Below the pieces are notes generated by a model. The model saw only the letters and a program-made list of their open reading frames with translations. It made no database searches and had not been told where the DNA came from. From an uncultured virus (IMG/VR IMGVR_UViG_3300022745_000033) (Duplodnaviria; Heunggongvirae; Uroviricota; Caudoviricetes), in IMG/VR virus record IMGVR_UViG_3300022745_000033: a DNA stretch of 64,000 bases; one strand, 5' to 3'. The number at the start of each line of letters is the position of its first letter. The first letter of the stretch is position 1. A program made the translations under genes and the position numbers. Shown one piece after another: positions 9,872 through 19,800 of the stretch.

Positions 9872-11715
9872 TGGGTGCCGCAAAAGAAGTCACCAGCGCA
9901 TTTGCCCGTGCGCAGGACTACGTCACTTCTGCTACATCGCAGGCTAGTGCGTTCCTCTCGAACCTGAACGCGATTGACTGGTCTCTCCCGCCAATCTCAT
10001 ACAGTGCCGGGGCAATACCAGCACAGCCATCGGTCCCGAACCTCACTGCGCCGAACCTGACCAGTGTGATGTTCAACGCACCAGGGAGCCTGCCCAGTGC
10101 GCTGAGCCTTGACGCGCCCACGACCACAATCGACAACTTCACCGCCGCTGAGCCAACACTGTCGATGCCTGTTGCGCCGACGATCAGCTACGGCACCATC
10201 CCGACCATCCCGACCATCGACAGTGTGGCGGTGCCGGCCGCGCCAACGATCACCACCCCCTCACTGCCATCACTCTTGTCGCTGGGGGTCGTGGCCTTCG
10301 CGGGCGTGGATATCCATGCTGACTGGCTGACGCAGCTGGAGAACGTGCCCACGATGAACCTCGTGGCACCGACGCCGTACAGCTACGCTCGCGGCCCTGA
10401 GTACGCGTCGGCGCTCCTCTCACACTTGCAGACGCTGGTCAACAACCGCCTGAATGGTGGCACGGGTCTGGGCCCTGCGGTAGAGCAGGCCATCTGGGAT
10501 CGCAGCCGCGACCGCGAGACCAAGATTGCTCAGGCCAATGTTGACGAGGTGATGCGCAAGTCCGAGGCGCTAGGCTTCAAACTGCCCACGGGTGCTCTGA
10601 GCGCCCAACTGCGAGAAGCAGAGCAGGCCTACTATGACAAACTGTCTGAACTATCCCGTGACATCGCCATCAAGCAGGCTGACCTGGAACAGACTAATCT
10701 GAAGGAAACCATCACCGCTGGTATGCAGCTCGAAGCCACGCTGGTCGACCACTCCTACAAAATGGAGCAGCTGGCCTACGAGACTGCCAAGACCTACGCC
10801 GACAACGCCATCCAGGTCTACAACGCTCAGGTCGAAAATTTCCGTGTGTTGCTGCAGAGCTACTCGACCTATGCTGAGGCGTACAAGACGGTCATCCAAG
10901 CCGAGCTGGCCAAGGTGGAAGCCTACAAGGCACAGCTGCAAGGCGAGCAAGCCAAGGCTGACATCAACCGCAGTCTGGTCGAGCAGTACAAAGCTCAGAT
11001 CGAAGCCGGTATGGCTTCGGTCAAGATCTATGAAGCCCAGATCGGCGCGGCTCAGACACTGGTGCAGCTGGAGCAGGCCAAGATTGGCGCCGCCAGTGAA
11101 CAGATCAAAGCCTATGTGGCAGGCGTGAACGCCGAGACCTCCAAGGTGGAGGCATACAAGGCGAGCGTGCAGGCTGAGAGCACCAAGGTCGAGGTCTATC
11201 GCACGCAGGCCCAGGTGTTCAGCGCCAAGGTGGGTGCTCAGGCTGAAAAAGCCCGCACTGAACTGGCTCGTTACACAGCGCTGGTACAAGCCAAGGCCGC
11301 TGAGTGGGAAGGCTATAAGGCAGCGGTTGCCGCAGAGGGTGAGCGCGTCCGTTCCGTGATCGGCCAAAACTCCACCCTGGTGGACGCTTTCAAGGCCTCG
11401 GCGATGGCCGCTGAAGCCACTGCTGGCGCCCAGGCCCGTATCTGGGAAGCCGGTATCAAACAGTACGAAACCCAGCAAACCCTCACGCTGCAACAGAGCA
11501 AGATGAACAGCGACGTGCTGCTTGCCACAAAGCAGGCCCACGCCGACGCGGCCAAGACCGGTGCTCAGGTGTACGCCCAGATGATCTCGTCTGCATACAG
11601 CACCGTTCACGCAACTGCTGCGGAGTCTTTCTCCGAAGGCAACTCCGTGTCGTACAGCTACAGCAATGACACTGAGACCACCGCCCCGACAACCACCCTC
11701 GTCGGTATCGCGTAG
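9871..11715 (+). CDS. coiled-coil virion/ejection-type protein
   Basis: 614 aa; Pro-rich N-half, long Ala/Gln/Glu helical C-half with YKA-type repeats; GGAGG RBS. Confidence 0.55.
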   Translation: MGAAKEVTSAFARAQDYVTSATSQASAFLSNLNAIDWSLPPISYSAGAIPAQPSVPNLTAPNLTSVMFNAPGSLPSALSLDAPTTTIDNFTAAEPTLSMPVAPTISYGTIPTIPTIDSVAVPAAPTITTPSLPSLLSLGVVAFAGVDIHADWLTQLENVPTMNLVAPTPYSYARGPEYASALLSHLQTLVNNRLNGGTGLGPAVEQAIWDRSRDRETKIAQANVDEVMRKSEALGFKLPTGALSAQLREAEQAYYDKLSELSRDIAIKQADLEQTNLKETITAGMQLEATLVDHSYKMEQLAYETAKTYADNAIQVYNAQVENFRVLLQSYSTYAEAYKTVIQAELAKVEAYKAQLQGEQAKADINRSLVEQYKAQIEAGMASVKIYEAQIGAAQTLVQLEQAKIGAASEQIKAYVAGVNAETSKVEAYKASVQAESTKVEVYRTQAQVFSAKVGAQAEKARTELARYTALVQAKAAEWEGYKAAVAAEGERVRSVIGQNSTLVDAFKASAMAAEATAGAQARIWEAGIKQYETQQTLTLQQSKMNSDVLLATKQAHADAAKTGAQVYAQMISSAYSTVHATAAESFSEGNSVSYSYSNDTETTAPTTTLVGIA

Positions 11716-11800
11716 CCAAGCCCGCAGGGGTGGGCTAAAATGACACAAACCCCACCGGAGCTGCTGGCTATGAAGGTGCTTTCCTCTCTAGGAGCACCCC

Positions 11801-13846
11801 ATGGCCACCCCCGGACAAAACGCATTCGACAGCCTTCGCGGCTGGGTCACGCAAAACAGCCCGCCGCAGCCCAACGGCATCAGCCAGTTTGCGGACGACA
11901 TCCTGCGTAACCCGGTCAAGCCCATGCCGTCTCCTCCAGAGGCAGTTGCTGGCTACACGCCTCCGAAAGTAGACCCGGTCACTGGCAAGTACACTGGGGG
12001 GTCAACTCAAGGAGTGCAAAATGAAGTTCAAGCCGGACAACGTCCCGTGGTGGAAGGCCCTGCTGGCGCTGTGGATCGTGCTGGCGGTCTTCGGAGTACC
12101 GCAGTTCCTGCTGAAGCTGCTGGAGTAAAGCCATCTACGTGGGGCCGCATTAAAGGCGCGGTCGGCAACGGTGTCAAGAGCGTAGCCACCGGTAGCTTTC
12201 TCGACGCGGATGTAGGCGCAGTGGCAGGGAAGCTATTGCGCGGATCTCAGGGCCTAGTCAATGGCGTGGGGCGTATTGCCGCCCCCATCGCTGTGGGCAA
12301 TCTCGTTACCAAGGCGTTCGACACCCCTACTGAAGAATACGCTCGCCGTGGGAATATGACTTCCGGCGACTCCCTGCTTGGCGATATCGGGGTGCGTGCG
12401 GCAGGTGTCGCTGGTGATGCGGGCAACATGGTGACTATGGGCGGTCTCCGCTACCTCCACGACAAAACATTCGGCGAAGGTCACTGGGATGGTACCCAAC
12501 CCCAAAGCACTGCATCCTCCGCAGCTGCCCAACCCCGGCTCCGTGGTACCGGCGACGGCGTCCGTGGCGCTAGATTCGATGACCCGCGCCGTATGGACTT
12601 GGACCCCTCGCGTGCCTCGCTGGGTCCGTCCCGCGACTTCTCCAACGAGCTGAACAAAGTGCCTGCGAACCTGCCGTCTGACCTGCGCAGCGGTGTGGTG
12701 GTCAAGACCGTAGACCCCAAGACCGGCCGCGTCACCTACAGTGGTCGTAACGTTGCCCCTGGCGCCGACGGCAACACCCAGTTCGTGGACGGCATGGGCC
12801 GTAACATCAGCACCCGTGGCTCCGTCCAGTCCATCCCTGGCAGGGACCTACGCGACGGTGTGGACCCCTATCAGCCCGCTGGCCCCCAAGTGTCGGTGAT
12901 GCCAGACACAGGGGGTTATGGCCTTCTGGACAAGGGTTACCAAGCCCGCCGCGAAATGGCCATGAGCACCATGGGCTCTGGCGGTAAGCAGACCGGTGAG
13001 TCTCGCGCTGACTACGCCACCCGCATGCAGGCGCTGGCATCCGCACGTTCTGACATTACTCAAAACCGTGGCCAAGACCTGAACTACGGTGCGACGCTGC
13101 GCGGCCAGGACCTGAACTACGGGGCGACGACTCGCGGGCAAGACATGACCTATGGCTCCACCATCCGTGGTCAGGACATGGACCTGCGTGGGCGCATTGA
13201 GCCGAAGATGATGGAGATGGAGATGGCCGCTCGCATGCGTGGCTTGAACGCCCAAATCTTCAAACAGGCTGGTGGTGACCCGCGTCTGGCGGCTCAGATT
13301 GCTGCTGCCAACGGCATGGACCCGAAGACCTTCACCGAGATGGCCCAGGCCGGTCAGACCATGGACCACAACGCTGCGACCAATGCTGACAAACGCTTTG
13401 AGCACCTTGCGGTCGGCGTCGACAAAGACGGCAAGGGCTACGTCGACCCCGCCAAGATGGCCATCGTCCGCAACGTACGCGACAAAGTTGCTCCGGGTTT
13501 TTCCACCATGTCGGAGCAGGACCAAGCTGCGTCGATGCCCACCATCGCTGCTGGCACTCGGCTGGTCACTGGCATCAACAGCCGCCGCAACAACGGCTTT
13601 CTGCAATCCATCGGTTGGGACGACCCCACGCCGGAGTACACCACTCTGCCGAGTAACGACGCACTGCGCAAAGCAAAGGTCGGCCGAGTCGGCTTCTTTG
13701 AAGGCGCACTCAAAGGCGGTGATGTCTCGAAAGGCGACACCCGCATTGAGTTGCCCGACGGCACCGTGCATTACGCCCCAAGCGCCGAAGTGGGCCAGGA
13801 CGAACTCGAACTGCTCAAGAAATCTGGCGCGAAGCTCGGCAAATAA
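11801..13846 (+). CDS. putative internal virion (ejection) protein with RGQD repeats
   Basis: 681 aa; AGGAG RBS; four 11-aa RGQD units; immediately upstream of the giant virion gene. Confidence 0.6.
   Translation: MATPGQNAFDSLRGWVTQNSPPQPNGISQFADDILRNPVKPMPSPPEAVAGYTPPKVDPVTGKYTGGSTQGVQNEVQAGQRPVVEGPAGAVDRAGGLRSTAVPAEAAGVKPSTWGRIKGAVGNGVKSVATGSFLDADVGAVAGKLLRGSQGLVNGVGRIAAPIAVGNLVTKAFDTPTEEYARRGNMTSGDSLLGDIGVRAAGVAGDAGNMVTMGGLRYLHDKTFGEGHWDGTQPQSTASSAAAQPRLRGTGDGVRGARFDDPRRMDLDPSRASLGPSRDFSNELNKVPANLPSDLRSGVVVKTVDPKTGRVTYSGRNVAPGADGNTQFVDGMGRNISTRGSVQSIPGRDLRDGVDPYQPAGPQVSVMPDTGGYGLLDKGYQARREMAMSTMGSGGKQTGESRADYATRMQALASARSDITQNRGQDLNYGATLRGQDLNYGATTRGQDMTYGSTIRGQDMDLRGRIEPKMMEMEMAARMRGLNAQIFKQAGGDPRLAAQIAAANGMDPKTFTEMAQAGQTMDHNAATNADKRFEHLAVGVDKDGKGYVDPAKMAIVRNVRDKVAPGFSTMSEQDQAASMPTIAAGTRLVTGINSRRNNGFLQSIGWDDPTPEYTTLPSNDALRKAKVGRVGFFEGALKGGDVSKGDTRIELPDGTVHYAPSAEVGQDELELLKKSGAKLGK
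13067..13180 (+). repeat. 33-bp period coding tandem repeat (RGQDLNYGATL/RGQDLNYGATT/RGQDMTYGSTI/RGQDM)
   Basis: Units start at 13067, 13100, 13133, 13166. Confidence 0.9.
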
Positions 13847-13858
13847 CCGGAGACCCTG

Positions 13859-16800
13859 ATGGCAACCTTACGCACCCCGCTGTTCCGTCAACCCACTATC
13901 ACCGCTGACGACCTCGACGCACTCCGCGCAAGTGGCATGTCCAACCTGCGTCGCGGCTTCGAGTCCGGCCGCATCGGCAACGACATCACCGGCCTTGCAG
14001 CCGATGAAGCCAGCCTACGCGCCGACAACGACAACGTTCGCGCTGACGCCCTGCGCTCACAGATCAACGCACTGCAGCGCCGCCAGGGTTTTTACGCGCC
14101 AGACGTACAGGATGTCACCAAAGTCGGTAGTGTGGGCGACGCGGTGGACTGGGCGACTGGTGCGGTGGGGCAGGGCGTGGCATCCATGGCTGACCCCATG
14201 GCTGTCTCCACCGGCCTGAACGCTGCTGGTGGTCTGATCAGCATGGCACCCAACCCGCTGGCCAAGGCAGTGGGTACCAGCCTACGCTGGGCTGCACCGG
14301 TGGCCGCGTACGGCATCAACGCCCGTCACCTGAAGGGCGAGGTTTACAACGACATGATGGGAGACCCCACCATCATGGCCAACCACTCCGCACAGGAACT
14401 GAACCGCCAAGCCAACATCTACGGCGGCATCGCAGGTCTGGCCGACACAGCCTTCCCCGCTGTGGTGGGTCGTCAGCTCACAGGCGCAGGCTTCGGCAAG
14501 GGTCTGCTCAAGAACGGCGGCGCCCGTCTGGGTGCCGAGCTGCTGGGTGAAGGTGTTACCGAGGCGGGTCAGGGCTACGGCAGCGCGTACCTGCGCAACA
14601 CGCTGAACCCAAACGTCGAGCACAACGATTGGAACGAGCGCATCAACGACTTCGCTGGTGGCGTGGCCGGTGCCGGTCCGTTCGCTGTGGGCGGTCACTT
14701 CGCGGACCATGGCTTCCGCCGCATCGGCGATAGTGTGGAGCGGGTGACTGAGAAGGCCGGTCAGGTAAAAGACCTGCTGGACCAGAGTGGCGCGACTGGC
14801 GCTGTGAAGACTGGCGCTCAGAGCATCGTCGGCTTCGGCAAAGGTCTGCTTGGTCGCGGCAAGGACTCCGTGGTCGACCTGATGGGCGACGAGAACGGCA
14901 AGATCACTCCTGAATCCGTGAAGCAGTCGTTCCGCGACGCTACAGACGGCATCACCAAAGAGCAGGGCATCTCTCCCGAGGACCAGTCCATCCTGCGCGG
15001 CGATGTGCCTGTCGACCTGCGCGACAAGCTCGACTCGCCTGAGTTTGAATCATGGGCCACCCAACACCACGAGGAGCGCACGAACAAGGTGCTCGACCAT
15101 CTGGAAACCATGGCTGAAGGCGGCGACAAGCGTGCTGACGAGCTGTTCCTCAAGGTCAACGACGCGATGACCGTGCCCGAGCACACCGCCGCTGTGAACG
15201 AGGCGTCCAAGTACGTCCTCGACAACAATGAACTCCAGCGTGAGCTGTCCAACGCTGAAGCCTTCGGCAAGCTGGCCGGTATGGGCGGCAAGGCTGTGGG
15301 TAAAGGCGCTGTGGCGGCTGGCAAGATGGCTGCATCCTTCGGTAAATCCGTGTGGGATGGCATGAAGGAAGGTGCCAAGAAGAACATGCAGGGTTCGCTC
15401 GAAGGCTTCGACGACTTCGAGGGCGACCGCCAGTCCAAACTGGGCGGCAACTACATCCAGCAACAGGCTGCGATGAAGAAGAGCCGCGACCGTGCTGAGC
15501 TGATGGGCGAGTACCTCGCCGCTGTAACCAAGGCCGAAACGCCTCGCTTCTCCGCCCACAGGGCTGGAGCTGAGGCAGCACCCGCATACATGAAGTCTCT
15601 GGGCTTTGAGATCGCTGACCTCGCTGACAGCTGGGGTCTGGCCAACGAGAAGGGCACTGCCAAGGCAGCGATCCAACCGTCCGGCCCCGCCAGCACCATC
15701 CAGACGACTGAGGACAAGAGGGGTCAGCAATTCGACGGCTTGAAGCTGAATCTGAACCGCGTGGTGAACAGCCTGCGCGTCATGATGGGTCAGGACAAAG
15801 CAGCCGAAGCACTGAACCAGATGCAGTCGCTGTACCAGGGCGACAAGCGTATTGCCCCGTTGTTCGACTTCATGCGCGACGAGCTGGCTACGCAAGCCTC
15901 GCCCCAAGGCCGCGAACACACCGCCCAAATCCGTGACGAAGCTGCTCAGGCCATCCTGGACAAGCTGCCGCAGGAGAAAGAGCTGGAGCTGATGAAAAAC
16001 GGCATCTCCATGCGCACGCCCGAGGGCCGCAAGCAGCTGCTGAGCATGGTGGAGCAAATCTCTGCCAACCGTGCGCCGCGTGAAGCCCGGGTAGCTTTGG
16101 CCAAATTGGTCGGTAGTCAGAACCTGAACGAGATGCTGGGTGTGGTGAACGCCAACCTCGAAAAGTCCGGGCTGTCTGAGGTGACGGTAGATGACCGCGG
16201 ACAGACCGAAGACTATGACGGCAGTTACGCCATGGACGACAACGGTGATTTCATAGCCGCCCAGTCTGCCAACGACGTAGACAAGAGTCATGCAGAGCGT
16301 CTGGTTGCGAAGGGCAGCGGCCCAAAAATCTACGGCTACGACTACGGCTCTGGCATGCGTCACAGCACCGGCAAGACCGACCCGTTCGCATCGACTGACC
16401 GTGTGTCCAAGAAAGAGCTGGCTGCGTGGGCCAAAGAAAATGCTGACCGCGCTACGCTCGGTGAAGAGCTTCTGCCAGACCCACGTACTGACTGGCAAAA
16501 AGCCTCTGCCGGCCGTCCCAATCTGTTCATGCGCGGCCGCAAACTAGCTGACGGCACTGACGCCGTACAAAAGAAGATCACCGACATGGGCAAGCTGCTG
16601 GGTGTGGACCGCACACCTGAGAACGCTGTGCGCCTGCTGCGTGAGGAAAATAACGAAAAGGCTGCTGCAAATCTCGAAGCTCTAATTAAGAAATCAAACG
16701 AAGGTGACGAGGCTGCGAGGCAGCGGATCGACGACAACCTCGACGACTTCTATGAGACCCGCGCTGGCTCGTGGGACTTCAAGGCCAAGCCTGCATCCGA

Positions 16801-19800
16801 GGTGATGAAGGACCACAACTACTCGCTGGGGCAGAAGCTGGCTGCATTCCGCGACTACCTCTACGGCGACAAAGAACCTGTGAAGGCCCGTGCTGTGGCA
16901 GACATGCTGCTCGACATGATTGACATCCAGCGCAAGGGCGAACCTAACAAGCAGAACCAGACCCGCACGACTCCCAAGCTGCGCAAGCAGATCATGGCCG
17001 CGATGGACAAATACTTCAAAGAGCGCGACGTGGTGGTGGGTGAGCAGCTGTCCAACCGCGACAACACGCAGATGACTGCGCCGGAGCTGTTGGAGATGGC
17101 GACCCAAGGCCGCAAGGTGATGGACCTCGCACGCAAGCCCGAGAACGCCGACAAAGCAGCGGGCATGATCGACCGCGCCAACATCCTGACGTTCAAGTCC
17201 AAACTGTCCACCTCCAAGGACGGCCTGCTGCACATCCCGGCTGGTGCGCTGGTGTACTGGGTGAAGTCGCAGAAGGGTATGACCCAAGCGTCGAACATCG
17301 AAGACACCACCGACATGGGCAACAAGAACAAGAACCGCGAGTACCTGAGTGCGCTGCTGGAGGGCGTGTACCAGATCGCTGCCAGCGGCATGGCCGATGG
17401 TCTGCCCTACAAGCTCAATGCTCGTGGCGAGAAGGAATACTTTGCGGACAGCAAGAGCAACAAGCTGGGTGTCCCGCCCAGCTTGCGCCTTGCTACCGGC
17501 AAGGCTGAGCACGTGTCCCTCGACGCGTGGAAGGGTGAGGGCGAAAGCCCGGGCCAGTACAGCGACGAGTACGTCTTCGGTAAGGCCAACCCTGAGCTGT
17601 CCAAGGACGAAGTGGAGGCCATGATCGCCCAGATCAAGCAAGAGAAGGGCACCAAAGGATTTCAGATCGCGCTCAACCGTGCTGCCCGCAAGGCCAAGCT
17701 GGACCTGACCGACTCCAAGAAAGCCTTCAAGGTGGCTGTGGATCAGGCCCGCGGTGAAGACCCGTTCACCGCTGAGCCGCTGGAAGTGGTGGACCCCAAG
17801 CTGGAGAACCCCGACTACTTCTCGCCTGAGTCCAAGAAGGGTCAGGCCCAGCGTCTGGCCGAGCGCCGCAAGGGTGGCGTCAAGGCTGACCGCCGTGGCG
17901 AAGAGACCACCACGAGCAATCTGGGCTACCGCGTGAACCGCTCCGGCAAGATGGTGGCCGAGGCGCTGACCACCGACGGCCATGCCACGCCGCTGGACTT
18001 CTTCGGTAAGCTGCCCGACGGCGCCCAGCGTGATGAGTTCGCTGACGTGCTGGGTCGCACCAAAGAAGGCGGCGAGAGCGTCTACAGCATGCGCAACGTT
18101 GACCTGGGCCGCGAAGACGCGACCGATGCCTTGGAGAAGGCCAGCGACCGCAGCGAGAGCATCGTGGAGAAACTGGTAAGCAACCCGAACGAAGGTCTGT
18201 CCGATCTGGCATCGCGCCTGCGTACTGCCCTGCGCCCGGGCTTCGTGGAAGCTGCCAAGACCGAAAACCGCGTCCAGTACCAGCGCAACATCGAAGCAGC
18301 CAGGAAGCAGCCTGTCGGTGGCAAGCAGTACCTGTTCCCTGCGGCAGCAGCCCTGTCGCCCGAGAACCTCCAGCACGTGCTGGCCTCTGCGGACGTGGGT
18401 CCCGAGGAAGCCGTGGCGCTGAAGAACCAGCTGTTCGGCATGCGCAAGGCAGCGGCCGGCATCGCAGCCAGCTTGGACCTGACGCCCAAGCAGCGTGTGG
18501 CTGTGGCCCGCATGCTGGCGACTGCCGACAAGCGCGACAAGATCACGCTGGCAAATGCTCAGGAATACCTGATGAAGCTGGGTGAGAACGGAGCCGATAT
18601 CGACCCCGAGGACACCGCAAGCAAAGGTGGCCCTGACCTGAGCCGACAGTACCAACTGGGCAAGACCCCACTCAAACCCACGACCCGCCCGAAAGGCGGG
18701 CCGGGTGGCAACGTGCTACAGGGGCCGTTGTTTGACGGTTTGAACGGACCTCTGGGCGGTGGACGCACGGGTGAGGATGCTATGGGCGCTGCGGCCGAGG
18801 CCGCGATCCAACGCCTCGCTGATAAGGCCCGTAAAGGAGGTGCCGCCGCGCCCTTGGGAAAGTCCCAGCGAAATGGGGGCAAAGCTGATTGGTCTGAGGG
18901 TGGGCGTAAACTCAACGCTCAGTCCACGGCCATCCATGAAGAACTTGGCCGGGAGGGGTTCGCCGCCACGCATGACAGCCCGCACATTTTTGACGGGAAA
19001 TTCGACTGGCGCCGCAACACCGGCCGCGGTGAAGGGCGCCGCGATGCGGGCGTCGACGAGAACGACCAGAGCAACGTGGCACAGGCCCGTGGCGCTGGTA
19101 CCTACCTGAGCACTGCGGACGGAGTGCATGAGTTCTACAAGAACAACTTCACAGCGTTTTATCGCGGCGAGGACATAGACAGTTTGCAACGCCAGCTGAA
19201 GTCACGCAATGCCGAGGACGCCGCGCTTCGGTACGCTGCGGATGCGAAGAACTGGGAAAAGTACGACTACGCACTTGGGCACGGCATGTCGCTAAAAGGC
19301 GATGCTTCCGGTGATTATGGCTCGTTCGTCCGTGAGCATGACATACAGTCTGGCGACGAGCAATGGCGCACGCCGTGGTCGGAGCGTGACGACGGCGTGT
19401 ACTCCAGCTTCGCCGAAGCACATGAGGCTGAATATGGAGGGTCATTAAGGCGCCACGAAGAAGAGATCATCAGGCTCAAGAAAGCGATCTCCGAATACAA
19501 GGAAAAGCGCTGGGACAAGTCGCCGACCTATCAGGTCTCTGTAAACATCCCACATGAACATCTGCTCGATTGGGATAAACCAATGGCCGAGCAGAGCGCA
19601 CACGTGAGGGAGGCCCTCAAAGATGTCGCAAGGTCGCGGGTCGCGGGTGTGGAGGCCAATCTGAAGCGCAACGGGTATAGAGATGGGGACGTCGTACATG
19701 GTTCCGACGGCAAGAACTACACCGTGTTCGACGACGGGTCCACTGGTTCGTTTGACTTCGTTGACAGTAACAACCGCATCGTGCCGGAAGCGCGTGCAGC

